Shown one piece after another: positions 18,145 to 27,541 of a DNA stretch of 64,000 nt. Origin of the DNA: Azospirillum sp. (GTDB lineage: Bacteria; Pseudomonadota; Alphaproteobacteria; Azospirillales; Azospirillaceae); NCBI GenBank assembly GCA_035629155.1, contig DASPIO010000028.1, forward strand, positions 23,762 through 87,761. Direction: 5' to 3'. The first letter of the stretch is position 1. Each line of letters starts with the position of its first letter. The notes beneath the pieces were generated by a model that was given only the letters and a program-made list of their open reading frames with translations, was not told where the DNA came from and made no database searches. The position numbers and the translations under genes are program-made.

Positions 18145-18584
18145 CGGAGGGGTTCCTGTGCAGGCTGCCAGCGGACGAGCACCCCGGCGAACTCCGTCAC
18201 GCCGGGGTGGTTGTCGCGCCAGAAGGCGGCCATGTCGTCGAAGTCGTGGAAGCCATCCCAGCGGGCGAAGATGTCCAGCTCGGTCGCATCGGCCATTTCG
18301 ATCCAAGTGGGGGCGGTGGCGCTGTACAGGATCAGGCGGGCCGCTTGTGATGGCGACGGCAGCAACAGCCGGACGCGCTGCACGGCCGTGCAGGTGGGCG
18401 AGCCGATCCGGCGGCAGTGCTTGGTCCGCATGGCCGCGTAGAGCTGGATGACCTCGCCCGGCCGGGCATGGCGCTTGCGCGGGGCGCGGATGGTTTGGCG
18501 CTTCATCCCCGGCACCAGCGGCCCCGGCTCCAGGCCGGCGACAACGGGGTCGATGAAACGCTTCTGAAACGAGTAGGCGACCAT
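18141..18584 (-). CDS. ASCH/PUA-like domain protein
   Basis: YSFQKRF...KRQTIR...PGEVIQLY...FARWDGF pattern. Confidence 0.75.
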   Translation of the reverse strand: MVAYSFQKRFIDPVVAGLEPGPLVPGMKRQTIRAPRKRHARPGEVIQLYAAMRTKHCRRIGSPTCTAVQRVRLLLPSPSQAARLILYSATAPTWIEMADATELDIFARWDGFHDFDDMAAFWRDNHPGVTEFAGVLVRWQPAQEPLR

Positions 18585-18591
18585 GGAGACC

Positions 18592-18885
18592 TCACTGCGG
18601 AGCGACCGCGCTTTCCAGCGCGTCGTTGACGGTGGCGACGATGTCGATGTTCGACTCCCCCGCGGCGCGGGCGGCGGCGATCGCCGCCTCGACCATCACC
18701 AGCGGGTTGGTCGGCGTCGGCGCCGGGGTCGGCACGGGCGGGGCGGCGTTGGTTGCCATCAGCTCGCCGCTCGCTTCGCACAGCATGGCGCGCAGCCGGC
18801 GCCGGCCGCGCTCGCCGATGGGGCGCCGCAGCTCCACCGCGGCGTGGGCCAGGCGCAACGCAAGTTCGAGGTGCGGCGTCGTCAT
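18592..18885 (-). CDS. Hypothetical phage protein
   Basis: Operon packing in the early region. Confidence 0.5.
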   Translation of the reverse strand: MTTPHLELALRLAHAAVELRRPIGERGRRRLRAMLCEASGELMATNAAPPVPTPAPTPTNPLVMVEAAIAAARAAGESNIDIVATVNDALESAVAPQ

Positions 18886-19610
18886 GCGGCAGCCCTTGAC
18901 AACGGCGGACGGTTCATGAGCTGCAGCGTGCGGTTCGCCATGCTCACCAGCTCGTCGGCGGTCCGGATCCGGCCGTCGACCTTGAAGAGGGCGGGTCCGG
19001 CGGAGAGCACTTCGTAATCGCGGCTCATCAGCAGCCGGCGGGCCTGGTCAACGACCGAGTGGTCGAAGCCGGGCGGCGTGATGGCCATGCCGCCTCCGCG
19101 CGAGCGTGGATGCGGCGACCAGTCGGTCGTGCATCCGGCGTTGACGATCGAGATGCGCCGCTGCGGCCCCTTCCGGGCGATCCGGATCAAGCCGTGCTCG
19201 GCCAGCACTTGCACCGCCCGACAGACGCTCGACTGGCCGAGCGCGAGGATGCCGGCCATGGCGCTGTTGGCGGGGCACCGCAGACCGGCCTGTGCCGCCG
19301 CCGTCAGCAGTTCCAGCACCCGGCCCTCTATCGGATCGAGGGTGTATGGCGCAGGCGCGGCCGAAGGTTCGGCCGCTTCCGGCTCGGCCTGGGGAATGAT
19401 GGTGACGGGAGCGGCGGTAGCGACCTTGGCGGGCGGCGAATCCGCCTGGACCGGCGGCTCTTCCGGCGCGGCGGGCGCGGGCTGCACCGCCGGGCCCAGC
19501 ACGCGGGCGACGCGCTGCCACGACAGGCAGAGGCGGACGCAGATCTCCTCGGGCGGCAGCGACCGTGCCGCGAGCTGGCGGATGCGGGCGTCGATCTGGC
19601 GGTCGCTCAC
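18882..19610 (-). CDS. Phage winged-HTH (LexA-DBD-like) protein
   Basis: CPANSAMAGILALGQSSVCRAVQVLAEHGLIRI winged-HTH pattern. Confidence 0.6.
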   Translation of the reverse strand: MSDRQIDARIRQLAARSLPPEEICVRLCLSWQRVARVLGPAVQPAPAAPEEPPVQADSPPAKVATAAPVTIIPQAEPEAAEPSAAPAPYTLDPIEGRVLELLTAAAQAGLRCPANSAMAGILALGQSSVCRAVQVLAEHGLIRIARKGPQRRISIVNAGCTTDWSPHPRSRGGGMAITPPGFDHSVVDQARRLLMSRDYEVLSAGPALFKVDGRIRTADELVSMANRTLQLMNRPPLSRAAA

Positions 19611-19858
19611 GATGCGTCCTCCTGGGGCTGGACGGCGCCGCGCAAGATGGCGGCGATGCTGGGAAGGCCGGGGGCGAGCGGGCGCTCAAGGCGGGGCACG
19701 GACAGGCCGCGCGCCGCATTCAGCGTCCGCACGCGGCCGGCGTCGATGAGGAAGGCGACCTCCGCCTCCTGGTGGCCGGGCAGGCCGGCCACCAGGATGA
19801 CGAGAATGCCGGAACCGCCGATCGGCTCGACGGTGAGGGTCGGCGCGGCGGCGGTCAT
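19607..19858 (-). CDS. Hypothetical phage protein
   Basis: 4-bp overlaps with both neighbours. Confidence 0.5.
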   Translation of the reverse strand: MTAAAPTLTVEPIGGSGILVILVAGLPGHQEAEVAFLIDAGRVRTLNAARGLSVPRLERPLAPGLPSIAAILRGAVQPQEDAS

Positions 19859-20196
19859 GCGTTGCCCACCGTGCGGCGGGTGACCATGCTCGTCCGGCCA
19901 CCGGCCATGCCCTTGGGCAGCGGCGTGCCGTTCTCGACCGCGAGGCGCGTCGACGCCACCAGTTGCTGGGCCTTCGCCAGCATCGCCTCGATGTTGTCGA
20001 ACGCCATGGAGCGGTTGGCCGCCGCCGTGGTGGCCGCGCCCACAAAGGCCGCCAGGATGGCGCCCAGGGCGTCGGCGCTGCCGACCTTCGTCTCGGCCTC
20101 GCCCAGGGCGTTCACGAAGAAGGTGATGGCCGGACCGAGGTCCAGCTCGCGCGACATTTCGGCGTAGCGCTTGAGTATTCCGAAGTCTTCGGCCAT
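19855..20196 (-). CDS. Hypothetical phage protein
   Basis: MAEDFGILKRY...; start overlaps the upstream stop. Confidence 0.55.
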   Translation of the reverse strand: MAEDFGILKRYAEMSRELDLGPAITFFVNALGEAETKVGSADALGAILAAFVGAATTAAANRSMAFDNIEAMLAKAQQLVASTRLAVENGTPLPKGMAGGRTSMVTRRTVGNA

Positions 20197-20474
20197 CACG
20201 CGATCTCCATCTGCTGGCGGGGGACGAGGGCGAGGATGGCGGCGGCGAGGTCCGCGACCGTCACGTCGGCGTATTGGGCACTGCCGTTGGTGAGCAGCAG
20301 GGCGGCGCGAACGCCGAAGGCGTCCTCGATGTCGGTGAGCAGCTGCGCGAACTCGATCGCCTTGCCGCCCAGGTCGCCGCGCAGGGTGGCGGTGGAGACG
20401 ACGCGCGCCTCCTCGACCTGGAAGGCGTCGGCGATCAGCGGGCGCAGGCCGTGCAGGATCTCGCCCAGGGTCAT
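20196..20474 (-). CDS. Acyl-carrier-protein-like protein lacking the phosphopantetheine Ser
   Basis: IADAFQVEEARVVSTATLRGDLGGKAIEFAQLLTDIEDAFGV...TVADL matches the ACP pattern, but DSL is replaced by KAI. Confidence 0.65.
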   Translation of the reverse strand: MTLGEILHGLRPLIADAFQVEEARVVSTATLRGDLGGKAIEFAQLLTDIEDAFGVRAALLLTNGSAQYADVTVADLAAAILALVPRQQMEIA

Positions 20475-20956
20475 GCGGCGGACCTTTCCTGGCTGGGGGT
20501 GGCGTGGTGCCGGGCAAGCCATTCGGCGTGCAGGGCGGCGTTGGTGGCTGGCTCGCCCTTCCAGTGGAGCCAGACGCCGGGCCGCCAGAGGCCGGGGTGG
20601 TCGATGTCCAGCCGGCCGGCGCCGTCCAGCGCGTAGTCGGCGTCGATCGGCACGTCGGCCGCGTCCGTCTCCACGTAGGGCCAGCCGAGCCGGGCGGCGG
20701 GAACCGGGGTTCCCGGCGGGATCCGCCGGGCGACCCGTTCGGCCAGCGAGAACGCGCTGTCATCCCGGAAGACGATCAGGTCGACGTCCCACACGGCGTG
20801 CAGCGCGTCCTCCAGCGCGTCGAGGTCCGCCTTCTCCAACTCCAGGGCATGCAAGGTGGCGGTGACCGGGATGGACCGGCCGCCGAACTGGCGGTGCAGG
20901 CGCTGGGCGACGGCGCGGCGGATATGCGCTTCGATGATGGGCAAGAGGTCAGCCAT
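20471..20956 (-). CDS. Hypothetical phage protein; N-terminus weakly ACP-like
   Basis: TATLHALELEKADLDALEDALHAVWDVDL pattern; overlaps neighbours. Confidence 0.5.
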   Translation of the reverse strand: MADLLPIIEAHIRRAVAQRLHRQFGGRSIPVTATLHALELEKADLDALEDALHAVWDVDLIVFRDDSAFSLAERVARRIPPGTPVPAARLGWPYVETDAADVPIDADYALDGAGRLDIDHPGLWRPGVWLHWKGEPATNAALHAEWLARHHATPSQERSAA

Positions 20957-21296
20957 GGGCCGCCTCCTCGGGATGGGCGGTGGGCGCATGCCGCCGGTCC
21001 CACGCCTGTGCGGCGGCGACGGCGAGCGCGGCGATGTTGATCAGGCGGTGGCGGAAATCGGGCTGGGCGTTGGCGGTGCAGTCGACGAGCCGATCGACCT
21101 GGGCGTAGAGGAAGCTGTACCAGTCCGCCGGGATGTGGGCGTCGTCGTGGGAGGTGCCCCCCCACTGGAGGTCCTGGCGCCAGCGTTCGCTGCCGACCTC
21201 CGACAGGACGTCGGCCAGCGCGTCGCCGTGCGGCCCGTCGTAGGCGTCCGGGTAGTGGACCAGCTCGGCGATCACCGGGAGAGCGGAGACGTCCAT
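20949..21296 (-). CDS. All-alpha NTP pyrophosphohydrolase (MazG-superfamily)-like protein
   Basis: ERWRQDLQWGG..HDD.H...W...RHRLINIAALAVAA pattern. Confidence 0.6.
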   Translation of the reverse strand: MDVSALPVIAELVHYPDAYDGPHGDALADVLSEVGSERWRQDLQWGGTSHDDAHIPADWYSFLYAQVDRLVDCTANAQPDFRHRLINIAALAVAAAQAWDRRHAPTAHPEEAAHG

Positions 21297-21299
21297 CGC

Positions 21300-21563
21300 T
21301 CAGCCCTCCATCCCGAGGGCGACCTTGTACAGGTCGAGCAGCGACTCCTGCTCCTGCCGGTCGCTCTGGTCCATCTTCCGCAGCTTGATGATCTGCCGGA
21401 TGATCTTGACGTCGAAGCCCTGGCCCTTGGCCTCGGCCATGATGTCCCGGATGTCGTCGGCGAGGCCCTTCTTCTCCTCCTCCAGGCGCTCCACGCGCTC
21501 GATGATGCTGCGGAGCTGGGCGCCGGCGATGCCCTGGACGTCGTTGACGGTGGTGTCAGCCAT
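21300..21563 (-). CDS. GapR-like nucleoid-associated protein (DUF2312)
   Basis: QLRSIIERVERLEEEKKGLADDIRDIMAEAKGQGFDVKIIRQIIKLRK...LLDLYKVALGM, close to the alphaproteobacterial DUF2312 consensus. Confidence 0.93.
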   Translation of the reverse strand: MADTTVNDVQGIAGAQLRSIIERVERLEEEKKGLADDIRDIMAEAKGQGFDVKIIRQIIKLRKMDQSDRQEQESLLDLYKVALGMEG

Positions 21564-21571
21564 CTCGTACC

Positions 21572-22192
21572 TCACAGCTTCGCGAGGTCGAGGGAGATGG
21601 CCCGTTCCTGGCCCTCCGGGGTGTCGCGCTCGTAGAAGCGGACGTAGCTCTTGGAGCCGGTGGAGACGATGCCGTCGGCGATGGCCTTCATGGCCCGGTG
21701 CCAGCGTTCGTCGTCGATGGCGATGCGGCGCAACGCCAGGACGGCGCCGGTGCTGACGTTGCCCTCCTTGTCCGTCTTGAAGGCGCTTTGAACGAGAAGC
21801 TTCAGCTCCGGGCGGGCCTCGGCCGACCAGTCGGCGACGCACTCGCCCACCAGCTTCTCGGCGACCTGGAGGCGCTCGTCGAAGGCCAGACGGTCGGCGA
21901 CTTGCACCCGGACTTCGCGGAGGCCGTCGAAGCTGCGCAGGGTCAGGTTGCCCTTCTTGCCGCCCATGGCGGTGTCGTACTCGGCCGCCGACAGCTCCAC
22001 GAAGGCGGCGATCTCCGCCATGGTATCGGCCTTGAACGTCGCCATGGTCTCGCGCAGGCCCTTGGCGCGCTGGATGGCGCGGTTGACCAGGTCGGTGCGC
22101 AGCTTGTCGATGGGTTTGACCAAGCTGGAGGGCCAGCGGGCGCCCTTGGCGTCCGTCCAATCCTGCTCGGCCGTTTGGGTGTCGGTTTCCAT
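21572..22192 (-). CDS. DUF3164 family Mu-like early protein
   Basis: GGKKGNLTLRSFDG, FDERLQVA, AF.TDKEG.VSTG.VL.LRR, W..AM.AIAD motifs. Confidence 0.9.
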   Translation of the reverse strand: METDTQTAEQDWTDAKGARWPSSLVKPIDKLRTDLVNRAIQRAKGLRETMATFKADTMAEIAAFVELSAAEYDTAMGGKKGNLTLRSFDGLREVRVQVADRLAFDERLQVAEKLVGECVADWSAEARPELKLLVQSAFKTDKEGNVSTGAVLALRRIAIDDERWHRAMKAIADGIVSTGSKSYVRFYERDTPEGQERAISLDLAKL

Positions 22193-22218
22193 GGGGTGCT
22201 TACCTCCTGGGGGATGGA

Positions 22219-22566
22219 TTACGGGGCGCGTCTGGACGCCAGCGACAGGACGGCGCCGGCGAGCATGGACAGTTGCAGGGTGACCGGGATGCGCGGCTGC
22301 GCGCCGCCGACGATCTGGCCGGCGAGGCTGATGGCGTCGGACAGCGACACCGGCGGCGTGACGATGCACAGGCCAAGCGCGGTGTCGGGCAGCACCTTCA
22401 GCCGGTGGCGATGGCCGGTGTCGTCGATCAGGGTCAGGACGATGCCGTCGCTGGCGTTGACCAGCGTCTGCACCTCGCCGCGCAGGCTCAGGCCGTCGCC
22501 CAGCGGCACCTCGACGCGCGAGCCGGGGCGGATCTCCGGGCGGACGGCTGCGGCGGGAACGCTCAT
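22219..22566 (-). CDS. Hypothetical phage protein
   Basis: MSVPAAAVRPEIRPGSRVEV...; operon packing. Confidence 0.55.
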   Translation of the reverse strand: MSVPAAAVRPEIRPGSRVEVPLGDGLSLRGEVQTLVNASDGIVLTLIDDTGHRHRLKVLPDTALGLCIVTPPVSLSDAISLAGQIVGGAQPRIPVTLQLSMLAGAVLSLASRRAP

Positions 22567-23075
22567 GCCGCGTCTCCCCCGTCGCCGTCCTGGCGCGGCC
22601 ACCAGCCCAGCCGATCGAGCAGGCGGGAGACGCGCCCCTTGGCGTCCTGCCGGCGCATCTCCTTCCGACGCGCGTGGTAGGCGGCGAAGTCGGACACGCC
22701 GGGCGGCAGTGCCCGCGGCACCTGGGGCACCTGGGGCTCCGCCGGGAAGCGGATGGCCATGGCGGCCTGCATGTGCTCCACCTGCGCCACCTCGCCGGCG
22801 ATGCGGACCAGATCCTCGGCCAGGATCATCAGCTCGCTCACGTACAGGGGGCGGTAGGGGTCGGCGTCGGCGCGGCTGCGCAGCATGCGGGCCTTGGCTT
22901 CGATCCGGACGGCATAGGTCAGGTCGGCGGCTTCGGCCTGGGCGGCGACGGTGTCCAGCCGGTCGGCCAGGGTGCGCGTCTGGTCGGGCGCCTGCTGCGC
23001 GGGGCGGACGGTCAGGCCGTTGATCAGCTGCGCCACCACCGTGATGGCGTCGGCGATGGGGGTTGCGATGTTCAC
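22563..23075 (-). CDS. Hypothetical phage protein
   Basis: GTG start overlapping the upstream stop; helical composition. Confidence 0.55.
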   Translation of the reverse strand: MNIATPIADAITVVAQLINGLTVRPAQQAPDQTRTLADRLDTVAAQAEAADLTYAVRIEAKARMLRSRADADPYRPLYVSELMILAEDLVRIAGEVAQVEHMQAAMAIRFPAEPQVPQVPRALPPGVSDFAAYHARRKEMRRQDAKGRVSRLLDRLGWWPRQDGDGGDAA

Positions 23076-23443
23076 GGGGCACCTCGTTCGGCGGGAGGGG
23101 CGGTGCGGTGGGGACAGGACGGGCAGGACGAGCGCAGCAGGCGGGCCAGCGGCGCGTGGGGGCGGAACGGTTGATCCTGTTCGGCGCGGCAGCGGTTGGC
23201 GTCGATCTCGCCCAGCACCGGGCAGGACAGCGGCGCGCCGAGGGTCTGGATGACGGCGGCCTCGATCTTGGCGGTGCCGGCGGCGTAGCTGGCCGACAGC
23301 ACCGCCGACACGGCGGGCTTGCCGTAGCCGATCCGGGCGGCGGCCTGGGCCAGCGACGTGGCGTCGGCCTCGGCGGCGAGGCGCAGGACCCAGGGCGGCG
23401 GATCGCCCCAGGCGGCGGCGGCCTTGGCGACGAAGGGCGTCAT
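23072..23443 (-). CDS. Mu-like early HTH protein with C-terminal Cys cluster
   Basis: SLAQAAARIGYGKPAVSAVL HTH followed by CPVLGEI...C...CPSCP. Confidence 0.8.
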   Translation of the reverse strand: MTPFVAKAAAAWGDPPPWVLRLAAEADATSLAQAAARIGYGKPAVSAVLSASYAAGTAKIEAAVIQTLGAPLSCPVLGEIDANRCRAEQDQPFRPHAPLARLLRSSCPSCPHRTAPPAERGAP

Positions 23444-24036
23444 GCGGCCTCCATCGCGGCGGCAACCGCGTCGCTCGGGCGCCAGACCACGTCCCACAGG
23501 TTGGGGTCGTACAGGGCCCCGTCGCGCAGCGGCATCGGCGGTTCCGGCCCGGTGTTCTTGCCCCGCGCGATGCGGTAGCGGTAGAGGCGGGCGCCGGGGT
23601 CGGCCGCTTCCAGATAGCCGGCGCGCGCCAGGGCGGCGATGTAGGTCTTGGTCGTGTTGATGTTGACTCGCGCCAGGCCGGCCAGCTCCTCCGACGTGAA
23701 GCCTCCGCGCAACGGGCGCATGGCCGACCACAGCCGTTCGGTGGTCGTCGGGTGTGGATCGAGCTTGCCGCCACGGAAGCGAGGGGCGCGGCGGCCGAGA
23801 TCACGCGCCAGCGTGTACACCGACGGCAGCAGTTTTCCCCGATGGCGTGGCCGCTCGGATGTGATGATGCCGTTGCCCATCAACAGCTTGAGGAACGCCT
23901 TGACCTGCCGCTCCGGCACGGCGGCGCCGGCGCGCAGCTCGTCGAAGCCGAAGGTGCGCAGCCGCCGCGCCTCGCGCCACAGCAGGGCGTGATCGACGAA
24001 GCGCATCCGCCGTTGACGCTCGTCGGGGCGGATCAT
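23440..24036 (-). CDS. Mu-like early tandem winged-HTH protein
   Basis: Two wHTH repeats (LW...RRLRTF / LWSAMRPLRGGFTSEELA); conserved position after MuB. Confidence 0.75.
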   Translation of the reverse strand: MIRPDERQRRMRFVDHALLWREARRLRTFGFDELRAGAAVPERQVKAFLKLLMGNGIITSERPRHRGKLLPSVYTLARDLGRRAPRFRGGKLDPHPTTTERLWSAMRPLRGGFTSEELAGLARVNINTTKTYIAALARAGYLEAADPGARLYRYRIARGKNTGPEPPMPLRDGALYDPNLWDVVWRPSDAVAAAMEAA

Positions 24037-24800
24037 GCGAAGCGCCTCACCGCAGGAGCCGCGCCGGTGTTGATCCGCTGGCCGGCGTAGTCGGCCAGCG
24101 ACACGCTGCGCAGCCCCTCGCCCTTGGCGAAGGTGGCGACGTTGACCAGGTTCATCGATACGCGGCGCGTCGACCCGTAGGTCTGGCCGATGAGATGTTC
24201 CAGCAGATCGTCGGCGACGGTGATGTCCGGGCAGTACAGCTTGGCCAGCTCGCGCGCGTCGTCGCCGTCGCAGGGCTGGGCGGCGACGAAGTCGAACACG
24301 CGGCTGTGGAAGCGCTCGTACCGCTGGAGCTTCTGCGGCAGCCCCTCCTCGCCGATCAGGATGATGGAGGCGGTGCCGGGCGCGGCCATGTCGTGGAAGG
24401 CGCGGACCTTGTCGATCATCTCCTTCTTGGCCAGGAAGTCGCCCTCGTCGATGACCAGGGGGCGGCGCGAGGTCTCCAGTTCCTCGGCGATCTTCTCCGC
24501 CATCTCGTTGTTCGTGGCGTGCGTGGGGAGCGCCAGACCCATGGCGTCGACGATGGCGCGCAGCATGGCGCGCGGGGTCCAGTAGTCGTTGGCCTCGACG
24601 TAGTAGGCCATGTGCTCGCTGGCGGCGATCCAGGCGGCGGCGCGGCTCTTGCCGTCGCCGCTGCGGCCATGGAAGACACCGAAGCCGGAGACGTCGGAGG
24701 AGCGCGTCTTGAGCCCGATGACCAGCTCTTCCAGCAGGGTCAGGTTGCGCAGCGGGGCCCAACGGCTGGCGGTCTTGCGGGGGGCGGCCGATTTCTGCAT
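24033..24800 (-). CDS. MuB-type AAA+ transposition ATPase
   Basis: Walker A GRSGDGKS, Walker B LVIDEGD, ILIGEE...RFHSRV; directly after the transposase. Confidence 0.93.
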   Translation of the reverse strand: MQKSAAPRKTASRWAPLRNLTLLEELVIGLKTRSSDVSGFGVFHGRSGDGKSRAAAWIAASEHMAYYVEANDYWTPRAMLRAIVDAMGLALPTHATNNEMAEKIAEELETSRRPLVIDEGDFLAKKEMIDKVRAFHDMAAPGTASIILIGEEGLPQKLQRYERFHSRVFDFVAAQPCDGDDARELAKLYCPDITVADDLLEHLIGQTYGSTRRVSMNLVNVATFAKGEGLRSVSLADYAGQRINTGAAPAVRRFA

Positions 24801-24879
24801 GGTGGGGGTCCTTCGATCAGTGCTGTTTTCCGTGCGGTCCGCGGCGTCCCATCTGGCCATGGGCGCCGCTGGCCGGATC

Positions 24880-27054
24880 TCATTCGACGGGACGGGCGAA
24901 GCGGGCCTTGCGCTCCTGGTCGCGGCGGCGGGCCTGGTACCAGGCCGACGTGCGGTTCGACGCCAGCCAGTCCAGATCGTCCTCCGACACCTCCTCGCCG
25001 GCCTCGATGCGCGCCTCGATCGCCTGGGCGCGGCGCCACCAGCGGTCCTCCGGCTTCTCGGCGGCCTGGGCCGGGGCGGCGAGGCGGCGGGCGACGTCGG
25101 CCTGCCGGACCGTGTCCGCCTCGGTGCGCGGCGCCGCGACGGCGGGCTTCGACGCGGTGATCGCGCGCTGGGCGGCCTCCAGGCCGGCGGAGGGCGGCGG
25201 CAGGGACGAGCGCGGCAGCGCGGAAACCGTGGCCGCGGGCCTGCCGATCAGCGCGTCGGCGAGCTGGTGCGGCTTGAACCCCTTGCCGGCGGCGCGGATG
25301 GCCGCCTTCTGATCGGCGATCAACTGCTGTTGCAGCGCCTTGGCCTGGGCCGACAGCTCGGCCCGCGACAGGCCGGCGCGTTCCGGGTTCTGGGCGATGC
25401 AGAGGAATTGGAACGGATCGGGGCGGTACACGAAGACCCGGTCCATCCGCTCCGGATCCAGTCGGACCTCCAGGCGGTCGCCGGTGCCGACGTAGGGGAT
25501 CAGCTCCGGCGCCCAGAAGTCGGCGTTCTCGACCCGGATTCCCTTTTTGCCCACGGTGCGGGTGCCGTCGCCGTCCGCGCAGGGCATCAGCAGCAGGTCG
25601 AGTTGGCGTTCGTCGACGACGCGCCACTCGGATCCTGCGTGCTCCTCCGCCACGGCGGCCGGGGTGCGGTCGCCCAGGCCGGCGTGCGGGCTGGTGTGAT
25701 AGCGGTTCTCGACCCACGCATCGGCCAGCATCTGCAGCTCGGCCGCCGGCAAGGCCGCCTCGAACACCTCTTCGTCCTTCTGGCCCAGGCGGGCGGCGAA
25801 GGTCTGGCGCGAGCGGATCTCCTGACGCTTGGCCACGTTGTGGCCGGTGTAGCCGGGCAGCAGCGGCATCAGCCCGTGCTGAACCGTGCCGATCGCGCGC
25901 TCGACGTGCGGCTTCTGCTCGGGCGAGTACGGTGTGCAGACGGGGTGCCGTATGGCGTCGCCAACCAGCGCGAAGAAGCGTTGCGTCTCGCGGGCCAGGA
26001 AGTCGGAGCCGTTGTCCGTCTTGATCGCCTCGGGCATGCCCCAGGCGAGGATGGCCCGGCGGATCAGCAGCAGCACGGCCGAGGCGCGCGGCACCTTGGT
26101 GACCAGGATCAGCATGCGGCGCGTGAAGACGTCGACCACGACGTAAATCGTGTGCCGCCCATCGGTCAGCATCAGGTCGGTCGGGCTGGCGTCGATCTCC
26201 CACAGCTCGTTGGGCTTGGTGATCGCCTCCGAATAGGAGCCGACGGCAACGAGGCTGCGGTTCTTCCAGGCGTCGGGGTTGGTCAGCCGCAAGTGGAGCT
26301 GCTTGTACTCCTCGCGCCATTGGTTGAGGCGGCGGCGGATCCAGCCGGCGGTGGGCATCTTCGCCTGACCGCCGCGCAGCAGCTCGAACCCCTCGCCGAA
26401 GCGCTTGACCAGGGCCGCCCGGTAGGCGTCGGCGTTCCAGTCGGGCTTGGCCAGCGCCACGGCGACCAGATAGCCCATGATGTCCTCGCGCGCCTGATCC
26501 AGCGACCCGGCACCCTTGCGGTTGCCGTAGGCGCCGGCCAGCCGGGCGGCCTCGCCGGACTCCACGGCCTCGACCCAGCGGCGAAGGGACGATGGGGACA
26601 CCGTGGGCTTGGCGGCACGGGCCCAATCCGGCACGTCCACCTCGCGGGCGTTGTAGAAGCCGGTGAACTTGTGCACCAGCCGGTCGCGGGACAGGCCGCC
26701 GGCCTGCCGCTCGAAGGCGAGGAAGGCGTTGGCGATGGTGGCCTTGGCGTCCAGCCGGGCCTTGCCGGCCTTGGTCAGCACCACCGGGGCGGCGGCGGTG
26801 CCTTTCAGCGTGGCCGCGAGCTTGGGCGGCGCCGGCGGGGTGGCCTGCTCGGCGGCGCGGCGGCCCAGTTCGATGCGGGCTTCCGGCGGAAGGGCTGTGA
26901 CGTGGTACTCGGTGCCGCCGCCGCGGCCCTGGCGGGGGCGAGCGGGCGACCAGCGTTCCTGCTGGGCCCGCATGTTGATGCCGCGCTTGGTGGACGGCAG
27001 GCCGGGGAGCGCGAAAAAGGCCAGTTCAGAAGCCGTGTACCAGCTTTCATCCAT
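24880..27054 (-). CDS. MuA-type DDE transposase
   Basis: N-terminal Mu DNA-binding domain (WYTASELA..ALPGLPST.RG), DDE motifs WEIDAS / KTDNGSDF / KPHVER, Mu C-terminal domain. Confidence 0.97.
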   Translation of the reverse strand: MDESWYTASELAFFALPGLPSTKRGINMRAQQERWSPARPRQGRGGGTEYHVTALPPEARIELGRRAAEQATPPAPPKLAATLKGTAAAPVVLTKAGKARLDAKATIANAFLAFERQAGGLSRDRLVHKFTGFYNAREVDVPDWARAAKPTVSPSSLRRWVEAVESGEAARLAGAYGNRKGAGSLDQAREDIMGYLVAVALAKPDWNADAYRAALVKRFGEGFELLRGGQAKMPTAGWIRRRLNQWREEYKQLHLRLTNPDAWKNRSLVAVGSYSEAITKPNELWEIDASPTDLMLTDGRHTIYVVVDVFTRRMLILVTKVPRASAVLLLIRRAILAWGMPEAIKTDNGSDFLARETQRFFALVGDAIRHPVCTPYSPEQKPHVERAIGTVQHGLMPLLPGYTGHNVAKRQEIRSRQTFAARLGQKDEEVFEAALPAAELQMLADAWVENRYHTSPHAGLGDRTPAAVAEEHAGSEWRVVDERQLDLLLMPCADGDGTRTVGKKGIRVENADFWAPELIPYVGTGDRLEVRLDPERMDRVFVYRPDPFQFLCIAQNPERAGLSRAELSAQAKALQQQLIADQKAAIRAAGKGFKPHQLADALIGRPAATVSALPRSSLPPPSAGLEAAQRAITASKPAVAAPRTEADTVRQADVARRLAAPAQAAEKPEDRWWRRAQAIEARIEAGEEVSEDDLDWLASNRTSAWYQARRRDQERKARFARPVE

Positions 27055-27541
27055 GATCGGCCTCCCGGATGCGGGCCTTCAGCTGGCTCCGGGCGGCCAT
27101 GTAGCGGGCGACCATCCCATCGCCGGCGTCGAGCATGCGGGCGGCTTCCCTGGCGTCGACGCGGCCGTCATTGCCCATGGCGGCGGCGAACTCCGCGAAA
27201 AGCCGACCTACCTGCTCACCAACGGCGGCCAGATCCTGGGGCAGGTTGCCAGCGTCGGCGTCGGTGAGGGGGCGGAACAGCAGGTAGCCCTGCTCGGCGG
27301 CCAGGAACTCGGTCACCACCATGCAGCCGGAGGCCGCCTGTAGGGCCCGCACGTCCGGGACCTTGAAATGCGCATTGCGGTTCGCGGAGTCCGGATCCGT
27401 GATGCGCTGGATCGTGGATTGCGACAGGCCAGTTAGTTCGGCCGCGCGATCCTGGCCCCGGCACCTCTCGACCAGTTCGGCGTAGGACGCTTTGAGGGTG
27501 CCGGGTTGCCGGGGCTTATACGCGCCTGGGTATTGGGCCAT
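27047..27541 (-). CDS. Phage regulatory protein (CII-like)
   Basis: Sits between ner and A; V..LQAASG..VVTEFLA...GY pattern of CII-like regulators. Confidence 0.65.
   Translation of the reverse strand: MAQYPGAYKPRQPGTLKASYAELVERCRGQDRAAELTGLSQSTIQRITDPDSANRNAHFKVPDVRALQAASGCMVVTEFLAAEQGYLLFRPLTDADAGNLPQDLAAVGEQVGRLFAEFAAAMGNDGRVDAREAARMLDAGDGMVARYMAARSQLKARIREADHG

Noticed and set aside
18484-18499. ATGGTTTGGC, a variant of the end motif inside the ASCH-like gene
   Set aside because: One mismatch in the core and explained by coding sequence (KRQTIRA); too weak to count.
24610-27267. Long plus-strand ORF (885 aa)
   Set aside because: Antisense shadow of the MuA transposase, caused by high-GC codon bias.
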